A DNA stretch of 64,000 nt from Chiloscyllium plagiosum (Eukaryota), in the NCBI RefSeq assembly GCF_004010195.1, contig NC_057750.1, forward strand, positions 16,966,726 through 17,030,725. Reading direction: 5' to 3'. A program made the position numbers and the translations under genes. The notes below the pieces were generated by a model. The model did no database searches, had not been told where the DNA came from, and was given only the letters and a program-made list of their open reading frames with translations. Of this stretch, positions 38,871-49,482 are shown piece after piece (position 1 is the stretch's first letter; each line of letters begins with the position of its first letter).

Positions 38871-39257
38871 TATCTTGCTTTTAACTGGTTAAATCAACAC
38901 TAAAATTTTGAGAACACACATTTCAAACTCTTCTGGGAAGAGCCTGTGGGGTACATTATCAAATTTGTTCTATTACACTCCAGATGCTCTGTACCACATT
39001 AAAAAGTAGTGTGTGCTACTTAAATTAACTTCAGTGTTCCATAACCAAATAGGATGCAAAGGATTGAATAGTTACTAGCACACCACTGCAAGTAGACTTT
39101 AAAACCTAGATCCAATTTATTAATTTTGTTTTCATTACTTTGTGGAATTAATCCTTTTTTGTAAAATTATAAGTTAATTGACAAATATTTCTAATTCTAA
39201 TCATAAAATTCTCCTCCATTATTAAATATTGACTGGGCCACAACTAAATACACTTAC

Positions 39258-39425
39258 ATGAGAATGCTCTGAGCAGCCCCCTTTGGAACTTTGCTAAGGT
39301 AGAGATGGAAAAAAATATTTTTCTTGAGGGATAGCAAATCACTTCCTGAAGACTTGTAGAAGATGCATTTTTCTAAACCCACAGGATCATTACTACAGAA
39401 TAGAAGGAGCTGCTTAAACAAATAT
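39258..39425 (-). CDS. ADAD2: ADAD2-like exon (168 bp): YLFKQLLLFCSNDPVGLEKCIFYKSSGSDLLSLKKNIFFHLYLSKVPKGAAQSILM
   Basis: Acceptor aattttgcag|AT and donor CAT|GTAAGT, phase 2-2. FHLYLSKVPKGAA corresponds to ADAR FHLYISTSPCGDA. Absent from the supplied ORF track. Confidence 0.96.
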
Positions 39426-39479
39426 CTGCAAAATTAAGAGAAATGTTACTGGTAAAAGGAGAATATCACAACAATGTAC

Positions 39480-39600
39480 CAGACGGATGAGCAGCACTTT
39501 GAAAGCTTGTGATTTCAAATAAATCTGTTGGAATATAATCTGGTGTCATTTGACGTTTGACTTTGTCCACCCCATTCCAACACCAGTACCTCCACATCAT
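39480..39600 (+). mobile_element. Probable Penelope-like terminal fragment
   Basis: gagcagcactttGAAAgctt...aataaatctgttggaatataatctggtgt resembles a recalled shark repeat terminus. No second copy in the window. Confidence 0.4.
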
Positions 39601-39915
39601 ACACTGGTATTACAACAGACAAAGGCTTTTGCCATATTTTTTTCCCTTTCTCTATCTGCATAATTACAAAAAGTCATGTTTAACTGGGACTGTTTGAAGT
39701 TGAAACAATTTATTATCACAGTATATTGGAAACCATGACAGGTATTTTGAAGGTTGCGCACTCAGTTAATTAGAAGTTTCCAGGCAGTAGTAGAAAATTT
39801 TTTAAAAAGTAGTTCTGATGCTCTGAAGTTGGGGACCTATCAACAATTACCATCTGGGATCAAAGGAAAAGTGATCGATCTCCCCAAAACAAGTTTCTTG
39901 CTTGTTCTCATTCAA

Positions 39916-40381
39916 GTGAGAGAGTGAGAGTGAGAGAAAGAGAGAGAAAGAAAAAGAGAGAGAAAAAAGAGAAAGAGAGAGAGAGAGAGAAGAAAGACAG
40001 AAAGAGAGAGAGAAAAAAAAGAGACAAAGAAAAAGAGGGAGAGAGACAGAAAAAAAAGGGAGAAAGAGAGAGAGAGAGATCGAGAGAGAGAGAGAGAGAT
40101 CGAGNNNNNNNNNNNNNNNNNNNNNNNNNNNNNNNNNNNNNNNNNNNNNNNNNNNNNNNNNNNNNNNNNNNNNNNNNNNNNNNNNNNNNNNNNNNNNNNN
40201 NNNNNNNNNNNNNNNNNNNNNNNNNNNNNNNNNNNNNNNNNNNNNNNNNNNNNTGAGAGAAAAAAGAGAAAGAGAGAGAGAGAAGAAAGACAGAAAGAGA
40301 GAGAGAAAAAAAAGAGACAAAGAAAAAGAGGGAGAGAGACAGAAAAAAAAGGGAGAAAGAGAGAGAAAAAGAGAGAGCGAA

Positions 40382-40413
<32 letters not shown>

Positions 40414-40455
40414 ACAGAAAAAGAGAGAAGAAAAAGAGGAAAAAAAAGAGGTAAA
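39916..40455. repeat. Polypurine (GA/GAAA) low-complexity tract containing an assembly gap (40105-40253)
   Basis: Almost pure A/G on the plus strand, with an N run inside. Confidence 0.97.
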
Positions 40456-42323
40456 ACGAAAACAGTGAATATCATCAATTTCTACAGCAAGGCTAGGTAC
40501 AATAGGGGACAGCAAAGATATAATTAGGGTCAGAACATATGAGAATAAGTGCAAGAGCTTCTTCACCACAATGAGGTGTACAGTATTCATTGACATTGGT
40601 TTACAGGTATTGGATGGTTCACACAAAGTGGTCAATTTTCTTCAACATTAAACATGACAAAATCCTTAAGTCAAGAAATTGGATGTTGCCAGGCAATAGC
40701 TGTGATATCCTTTAGAGGGTGCCATTGTGCTATTTCATTCAAAATTGCAAGGCATCAGTCTTCTCAGACATTGTCTGACAATCCAAACTGCTCACCAGGT
40801 TATGTACTAAACTACATTACATTGTGCAGAGTGTAATTTTTGGGGCAATATGCATACTCCCTCAGCCCAAAATACATGTCTTACAGGTACATCTAGGAGA
40901 AAGTGAGGACTGCTGCTTGGAACACTTCCCTGAACAAAGCAGCAATTAGACTTTCTTTTAAAAAATGAACTTGTATAACACTGAGCAAGAAAGCACTGAA
41001 TTGGACTTTTGATGTTTTACTTTCTCAAAAAGTTAAATCTCAATAAAGAAAAAAATGATTCATTTTGATGCAATAATTCCCTTGGAGTGACACAGAAAAC
41101 ATGGATTGGTGATAAACTGGGGAGACAATTTGTTGCCAGCACGGTGGACCTTTGGGATGGATGTAAAGGTACATTTTAGGGATTCAGTATCTTGCACAGA
41201 ATATTAAAGATTATAAGAAATATGATCAGCAATTCTGTCTGAAACTGCACAACATATAGCTGACAAGCCAAATTGCATTGATTCTGTTTGAACTGTTAAT
41301 TTTGAGTGAAAAAAAAAGGTTGTGTGTTAAGGTGCCATATAAAATCATAAACATGCAACCCAGAACTAGTTATAAAAAGTGAACTGCTAACCTTAAAATT
41401 TTAAAATTTTTAAAAATTCTGAAAGGATAATATTGGACTTAATTAACTGTTCTTCTCCACAGATGAGTTCAAACCTGTTCAGTTTCTAAAGCATGTTCTG
41501 GTTCCAGTAGTATTTTGCTTTTGTTTAAATGAAAAATACAAGCTGTTTCATGGTACAGGTTAATGAGAACACTCAATAGATTAATTAAAAAAACAATGCA
41601 ATTTCCACTGACTGCAGATTCCAACATACAAATGATATAAGGGCACAATAAAAAGGGTTCTACAATCTTGTGTAGTGTTAAACGTATCTTTGGAAAATAA
41701 CAGTCCATCAACAAGCATTGGAATTTGGTTCAGCATGCTTCAAGAACCATTTATATCAAACTTACAATATCCAATGCTTGAAGTGGCACTGATGCAGAAG
41801 CTTCAAGAATCAGCAATACAACTGTCAGTTCTTCAAACATCTACATCAGTATCATATTGGAATCCTCAGTTTTGAGAAGCCACAGAGGACAATAAAGTCA
41901 TGTGTGGCTTGGTCATGCTCAAACAAACAGTCTTCCGCTCCTATTTAAGTTACCCTTGTGCTATTGAACTTTAATTTTAAGTAATATGTGGATTGATGTT
42001 TTTTTGTGCATTTTCTCTTCATGCCAAAGTCCATTTTCAGTCATTTCAGGCAACCAAGAACAATTGTAAAATATGAAGTCTAAGATTCTGAGGCATTCCC
42101 TCATGAATCCATTCGTTAGCTAAAAGATTTGTCTCAATTCTTCTTTGCAATGCCCCTAGGAAGTTAACATTTACCTTATTTCTGTATTAAGTGAATTATT
42201 TATGAAGAACTGCTCAAGATACTGGAGCAATGAGTGTGCCGTGGATTTGATATAGATGTCTTACAATGTGTTTGAAGATACAGAAATCTTTTTACACATG
42301 GCAAACTTTACTTGAGTCAATAC

Positions 42324-42465
42324 CTTTGCAATGCCCGTTTTACAACCACTACAGCATGGCAGTCATGGAGTAAACGACCATCAAAACGGATCCAACTGCT
42401 GTAACAAGTATCGCCTGTTCCTAAAGCAACCACTTCATATTGCTCACTGTTGCCATCTTCTGTCA
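42324..42465 (-). CDS. ADAD2: ADAD2-like exon (142 bp): VTEDGNSEQYEVVALGTGDTCYSSWIRFDGRLLHDCHAVVVVKRALQR
   Basis: Acceptor gactttgcag|TG and donor AAAG|GTATTG. Contains VVALGTG and LHDCHAV (the ADAR DCHAE position). Lies within ORF 42317..42508. Confidence 0.96.
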
Positions 42466-42734
42466 CTGCAAAGTCATAAGTGAAAATAGTATATTTTTGT
42501 AGGAGCAATATAGAAATGCTACTAAAACATGAGGATATAGAATTAATCAGTTTGAGAAGTCTTAATAAACTTATTAGCTTATAGGTTCATACTTCAGAAC
42601 AGAGTAATATGACAATGATTCTACTCAAAAGGGTATCTATCCAACACACCATCATCCTTGCTTTGGTTAATGTGATAAAATGCATTACAAAAGTAAAACT
42701 ATAATAATGAATACATTTTAAAAATAATAAATAC

Positions 42735-43400
42735 AGGTAAGACAGACAGACCGGTGATTAAAAAGGCATTGCGCCTGCTTGCCTTCATTGTTCAATCCTT
42801 TGAGTATAGGAATTAGGAAGTCAAGTTGAGGTTATGCAGGACATTGGTTAGGCCTCTTCTGGAGTACGATGTCCAATCCGGGTTGCCCAGTTATAGGAAG
42901 GATATTATTAAGCTTGAGAGAGTTCAGAAGAGATTTACCAGGATGTTTCAGTGTACGGAAGGTTTGAATATAAAGAAAGACTGGATAAGCGGAGACATTT
43001 TTCACTGCACTACTGGAGGTCAAGAGGCGAACTAATAGAAGTTCATAAAATAATGAGGGGTATAGATAGGGAAAAGGCAGCTACCATTAACTCTAAGGTG
43101 GGGCATTTCAAGACTAGGGAGCACATTACAGTGAGAGAAGAAAGATTAAAATAGACATGAGGGGCAATTCATTTTTAAAAAGACAGAGGGTGGTTCACGT
43201 GTGGGTTGAACTTCCTGAGGAAGTAGTGGATGTGGATACAATTACAATGTTTAAAAGACATTTGGGTAAGTACATGAATAGTAAAGGTTTGCAGGGATAT
43301 GGGCCAGGAGCAGGTAGGTGGGACTAGATTAGTTTGGGATTACGTTCAGCCTGGACTGGCTGGAACGAAGGGTCCATTTCCATGCTGTGCGACTATGACA
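42735..43400 (+). mobile_element. CR1 LINE 3' fragment
   Basis: Peptide RTLVRPLLEY..DIIKLERVQKRFTRM; the tail matches 32880-32959. Confidence 0.9.
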
Positions 43401-44124
43401 GCAGAATTCAGAGGAGGAAAGAAAAATCTCAAAGAGCAATTTAGAACCAAACAGAATTTATGAATGTTTCCTGAACCTTATTAAATTTAATTCAGTAAAG
43501 ACAATGGCTTTATTTTCCAGGATACTGTTGACATTTGGCTGATTCTACCAGCCAAAATCAGTTCAAACAAATTAAAAACAAATTAAATCTCTAGTTGCAA
43601 ATGGAGAATTACTAAAAGTAAAGATTTCCTCCTAAATTAGTGGAAGAATTTCAGAAATGTTTTACATCCAGATTAGGAAACGAGCTAAGGAGCATTAATA
43701 ACAATTACAGCTTAAAACCAAAACTGGTTACATAATACAGTAATCAGAATACAACATTCAAAAACCAAATGTTACTAAACAGTTTAATAGATATTTATTC
43801 ATGAAACTACAGAAAAAATCTAATTTAAACCATTTGGAAGCCAAAGTCCATTCACAAATACAAGACATTGAGCAACAAGAGGTTGAAAGCAAACTGTTGC
43901 CATCTAATGGCCAGTATTTATACCATAAAATTAACATTCCAGAAAGATAACCTTCTATACAACCACTACACCAGTTCTACACCAACAATTCAGGGTGATA
44001 AGATTTTAGCTACTGCTTCTTGTACGTATTCAACAAAAGGACACAATATGTAGAATGTCAGCTGGTACTGAAACACTATTCAACTGCAACCTAGTCTTGG
44101 ACTTGGAATTTAATGATGAACATT

Positions 44125-44550
44125 AAAAAGTTATATTGTTAAAGCCTTTCATTTAGCACTCATCAGGGCAGAATCATAAGAATGCCAAATTTCAAAGGAA
44201 ACAACAATTGAGACTGGATGAGAAGGGTGCATTTTGGTTTGCAGGTAATTTTCAACTAGTGGAAATGTTACCATAGAGAATGCAACAACAGTTTTTTGTT
44301 TTAAGTTTAAACTAGGCTACTCTGATTAGGAATGTCTCGGTATTGGGCCTTTTGCAACTGATGTTTAGGTGTGGGGCTGAGGAATGCATCCCTAGAACGT
44401 TCCCAATGGTATAACCATGACCACAGACCTCATGTCAACCGATCAGCACACTTCTCATGCTGTTTTAAAAAAAAACTTGAAAACTTGGCATACTTACAAT
44501 TTTGTCCTGATGAGTGCAGAGGAAAAAATATAGACAGATTCTTTTTACAG
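44125..44550. mobile_element. Non-coding element with ~60-70 bp inverted termini, each holding a hammerhead-like core (probably Penelope-derived)
   Basis: Left arm gcactcatcagggcagaatcataagaatgccaaatttcaa versus reverse complement of the right arm gcactcatcaggacaaaattgtaagtatgccaagttttcaa. Confidence 0.7.
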
Positions 44551-44604
44551 CAATACCCAACCATCCAGTGACTATTTTAATTCTATACTGTAAGAATGTT
44601 TAAA

Positions 44605-44915
44605 AATTCATTGATGGGATTGGGACATCACTGATTAGTCCAGCATTTATTGCCCATCCCTATTTGTCCAGAGGGTAGTTGAGAGTCAACCACATTGCTG
44701 AGAGTCTGGAGTCATAGATCTGCCAAACCAGGTAAGGATGGGAGTTTCCTTCCCTGAAGGACAGTAGTGAATCAAATGGGTTTTTCAGATCATCATTAGA
44801 GTGTTAATTCCAGATGACTTTTAAATGGAATTCAAATTCATCCAACTGCCATGGCGGGATTTGAACCTGGGTCCCGAGAAAGTTCCTGTGTTTCTAGATT
44901 AGCTGTCCATTACCT
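44605..44915 (-). mobile_element. tRNA-headed SINE (same family as 24580-24890)
   Basis: Tail cagcatttattgcccatccc; B box ggatttgaacc on the reverse strand. Confidence 0.8.
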
Positions 44916-45885
44916 TCATGAAACTAAAGTAAGAACATTTCCTACCAGTCTAATTTCCATAAAATCTAAATTAGAAGCATGAAATTCGCTAATGCAGCAG
45001 CATAATACAATACCCTAACCTGACAGTGCAACTGAGGACTCGAGAATATTCAATGCACATAACAGTTCAAATCAGGGCAGAAGATTGTTCTGACCAAAAA
45101 GGAAAACAGCCCAGCAGTCAGCTTAGGTGATTCTTCAATCTGGTGTCCTCACAGGTCAGTTTTTTTAGCATTACTCTTTTGTTTAAATGTGCTTGTCATC
45201 AGTCTGTGAACCCATTTAAAAAGATTCTATTGTGGATGAGAACAGCCTTTACATTACTTTATTGCGCTAAAGTAATACTGCAAAAGTGGAATAAATATCA
45301 GATTTGTTTTTAAATCTTCCAGTACAGACTGACATGACTTAAAAGGCTTTGGCATTTATGTCCTGAAATATTCTCCTGAATGTACGTGGGAAGTTCAATT
45401 ACATGACATTATCATTATCACTGTCAACTGCTTATAGAGAAGCTAGGTGAGCAGGAGGGAGAAAGGAACAGAAGGTTATGGTGATAGGGCTAGAAATAGT
45501 ATATTAGAGAAGACTTGTGGCATATGGACCAATTGAATGAAAGGCCTGTTCATGTTCTGCACATTGTGTTTTATGCTGGGTTAAGTCAGATATAATTTGA
45601 GTTTACTGTAAGACCACAATATCTATGATGATTGGTTACCAATGCAAAATGATTTGCTTCGTAGGGTGGGGAACAACTGAATTCTTCTGTGTCACACCAG
45701 AGACTGATTCCTTTGCTTAGCATAAGCAGGAACATTTCTCTTTTGTCAGGATTTTACTCTCCATATTATACATTAATGATAATATTACTTTTCTAAGAAA
45801 AAGGGGAAGGGCAAGGAGGGAAAAATAAACAAGTTTTATTTATTTACACCAGAATTAAGTGTCAAACAAAGGACAGTTAATTTAC

Positions 45886-46011
45886 CTTTCTCTACTATGA
45901 AAGAAGCAAGGTTCCCTCTGCAGCTTTTGTACTTGGGAAGAGATTCCAACAGCATGTTCAATGTGCAATTGCCAACTGCTGCACAACGTACCGGATGAAT
46001 GATTAGATTTT
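45886..46011 (-). CDS. ADAD2: ADAD2-like exon (126 bp): ENLIIHPVRCAAVGNCTLNMLLESLPKYKSCRGNLASFIVEK
   Basis: Acceptor atttatttcag|AA and donor AAAG|GTAAAT, phase 1-1. Matches the start of the ADAR/ADAD deaminase domain. Confidence 0.92.
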
Positions 46012-46264
46012 CTGAAATAAATCATAAGGGAGCTCTCAAACCACTTATTTTCTAAATTTAATTAAGAAATAGAAACTAGTCATATTTTACTTCATTAACT
46101 CTGTGAAATAACCCGTCCTTTATTTCCTGCACTTCTACTCCTTGCTACTAGTTCAGAAAGTGGACAGATTTCCAGGTTCATCTAACAGGACATACACACA
46201 TAATAAGTAGCCTAATCAGTAGCAAATCAAAGTGCTTTGAATTTACACTTGCACTACATTCAGT

Positions 46265-46395
46265 GTAATGTGAGTGCTACACTTGTTCCCGAGTCAGAGG
46301 TCTGCTGATTCAAACCTATTCCAAAGGCCTGAATACATAATCTAAGTTGACACTTGCTATAGAACTGTTGGAAACATTTTATGTCAAATAGAGGA
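46265..46395 (+). mobile_element. Possible ancient Deu-domain-type SINE head, very decayed
   Basis: gagtcagagg...gattcaaacctattcca...catAatctaagttgacact resembles a recalled shark DeuSINE 5' region. Weak. Confidence 0.3.
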
Positions 46396-46809
46396 TTCTG
46401 GGTAATTCAAGATGGAAGATGGGGAAAATTTCTGGCTGTAACAGGCTGCTCATTTTTGAGGTATTTTAAGTGTTGGAGGTGATTTCCTCAAATTCTAGGA
46501 GCAGCAGTTACTGTTTTATGTGTTGTTACATTGTTTTAGAACTTTGGAGAAAAGAAAAAGGCAAAACAACAACACATTTAAAAGGGAGAGGTCAGTGCGT
46601 TTGGGGAGGGGGGGTTAGTGAGTGAGTGGACAGGGAGAGGGAGATTTTGAATTCATGTATTGCTGCACATCGGAATGCATCTGGGAAAATTTAAAAAAAG
46701 TGAAATTCACAACTAATCTTGGGGAACCTGTTTGGGAGCAGTCATAGCACAGAAATACATCAGTGAATATTTTAAGTGTGGCCTTACAGTGAGTAGAATG
46801 GGTTCTTTG

Positions 46810-49482
46810 TTAAGTGTGTACAAGAAAATTTTCTGATTCATTATGTGGATATACCTACTAGAGAAAGTACAAAACTGGACCTACTCTTGGGAAATAAGGC
46901 AAGAAAGGTGACTGAAGTGTCAGTGGGGGAGCAATTTGGGGCCAGTGACCATAGTTCTATTAGTTTTAAAATAGTGATAGAAAAGGATAGATCAGATTTT
47001 AAAAAGCTGAAGTTCTAAATTGGAGAAAGACCAATTTTTATGGTGTTAGGCAAGAACCTTCAAAAGCTGATTGGGAGCTGATGTTCGCAGGTAAAGGGAC
47101 GGCTGGAAAATGGGAAGCCTTCAGAAATGAGATAACGAGGGTCCAGAGACAGTTAGAGTGAATGGAAAGGCTGTTAGGTATATAAAATGCTGGATGACTA
47201 AAGAAATTGAAAGTTGGGTTAAGAAAAAGAAGGAAGCATATGTCAGCTATAGAAAGGATAGATCGAGTGAATCCTTAGAAGAGTATAAAGGTAGTAGGAG
47301 TGTACTTAAGAGGGAAATCAGGATGGCAAAAAGGGGACAAGAGATAGCTTTGGCAAATAGAATTAAGGAGAATCCAAATACATCAAGAACAAAAGGGTAA
47401 CTAAGGGGAGAATAGGGCCCCTCAAAGATCAGCAAGGCAGCCTTTGTGTGGAGCAACAGGAGATGGGGAAGATACTAAACGAGTATTCTGCAACAGTATT
47501 TACTGTGGAAAAGGACATGAAAGATATAGAATGTAGGTGACATCTTGAAAAATGTCCATATTACAGAAGAGGAAGTGCTGGACATCTTGAAACGCATAAA
47601 AGTGGATAAATCCTCAGGACCGGATCAGGTGTACCCTAGAACTCTGTGGGAAGCTAGGGAAGTGATTGCTGGGACCGTTGCTGAGATATTTGTGTCATCG
47701 ATAGTCACAGGTGAGCTGCCAGAAGACTGGAGGTTGGCTAACGTGGTGCCACTGTTTAAGAAAGGTGGCAAGGACAAGCTAGGGAACTACAGACCAGTGA
47801 GCCTGATGTCAGTGGTGGGCAAGTTGTTGGAGGGAATCCTGAGGGACAGGATTTGTGTGTATTTGGAAAGGCAAGGACTGATTAGGGATAGTCAACATGA
47901 CTGTGTGTGGGAATTCATGTCTCACAAACTTGATTGAGTTCTTTGTAAAAGTAACAAAGAGGATTGATGAGTCCAGAGCAGTAAATGTGATCTATACGGA
48001 CTTCAGTAAGGCATTCGACAAGGTTCCTCATGGGAGACTGATTAGCGAGGTTAGATCTCACAGAATACAGGGAGAACTAACCATCTGGATACAGAACTGG
48101 CTTAAAGGTAGAAGACAGAGGGTGGTGGTGGAGGGATGTTTTTTAGACTGGAGGCCTGTGACCAGTGGAGTGCCAAAAAGATTGTTGCTGGGTTCACTAC
48201 TTTTCATCATTTATATAAATGATTTGGATGTGACCATAAGAGGTAGAGTTGGTAAGTTTGCAGATGACACTAAAACTGAAGATGTCGTAGGCAGTGAAGA
48301 AGGTTACCTCAGATTACAACAGGATCTTGATCAGATGGGCCAATGTGCTGAGGAGTGGCAGATGGGAGTTTAATTTAGATAAATGAGAGGTGCTGCATTT
48401 TGGGAAAGCAAATCAGAGAAGGACTTATACACTTAACGGTAAGGTCCTGGGCGGCACGGTGGCACAGTGGTTAGCACTGCTGCCTCACAGCGCTAGAGAC
48501 CCGGGTTCAATTCCCGCCTCAGGCGACTGACTGTGTGGAGTTTGCACGTTCTCCCCGTGTCTGCGTGGGTTTCCTCCGGGTGCTCCGGTTTCCTCCCACA
48601 GTCCAAAGATGTGCAGGGTCAGGTGAATTGGCCGTGTTAAATTGCCCGTAGTGTTAGGTAAGGGGTAAATGTAGGGGTATGGGTGGGTTTCGCTTCGGCG
48701 GGTCGGTGTGGACTTGTTGGGCCGAAGGGCCTGTTTCTACACTGTAAAGTAATCTAATCTAATCCTAGGGAGTGTTGCTGAACAAAGACCTTTGTTCATA
48801 GCTCCTTGAAAGTGGTGCCGCAGATAGATAGGATAGTGAAGGCAGCATTTGGTATGCTTTCCTTTATTGGTCAGAGTATTGTGTACAGGAATTGGGAGGT
48901 CATGTTACGGCTGTATAGGACTTCGGTTAGGCCACTGTTGGAATATTGCATGCAATTCTGGTCTCCTTCCTATCGGAAGGATGTTGTGTAACTTGAAAAG
49001 GTTCAGAAAAGATTTACAAGGATGTTGCCAGGGTTGGAGGATTTGAGCTACAGAGAGGGGCTGACCAGACTGGCGCTGTTTTCCCTGAGTGTCAGAAGCT
49101 GAGGGGTGACCTTATAGTGGTTTATAAAACCATGAGGAGCATGGATAGGATAAATAGACAAAGTCTTTTCCCTGGGGTGGGGGAGTCCAGAACTAGAGGG
49201 CATAGATTTAGGGTGAGAGGGGAAAGATAAAAGAGAACCAAGGGGCAACTATTTCATGGAGAGGATGGTGCATGTATGGAAGAACTGCCAGAGGAAGTGG
49301 TGGAGGCTGGTACAATTGCAACATTTAAAAGGCATCTGGATGGATATATGAATAGGAAGGGTTTGGAGGGATATGGGCCAGGTGCTGGCAGGTGGGACTA
49401 GATTGGGTTGGGTTATCTGGTCGGCGTGGACGGGTTGGACCAAAGGGTCTGTTTCCATGCTGTACATCTCTATGACTCTATA
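46810..49482 (+). mobile_element. CR1 LINE ORF2 and 3' end (same subfamily as 28135-32959), split by HE1
   Basis: Long near-colinear match to 28930-29297 plus 30898-32959. Peptides GNYRPVSL, DFSKAFDKVPH and KFADDTK; ctatgactcta tail. Confidence 0.93.
48449..48763 (+). mobile_element. Young full-length HE1-type V-SINE inserted in a CR1
   Basis: GGGCGGCACGGTGGCACAGTGG head, GGTTCAATTCC B box, V-domain and (TAATC)n tail. The host CR1 resumes at cctagggagtgttgc. Confidence 0.96.

Noticed and set aside
39847..40635. Leu/Ser/Phe-rich and Arg/Glu/Lys-rich ORFs
   Set aside because: They are translations of the GA microsatellite and the gap.
48449..48520. tRNA gene calls at A/B-box sequences
   Set aside because: These are SINE heads followed by the V-domain and a LINE-derived tail, not free tRNA genes.
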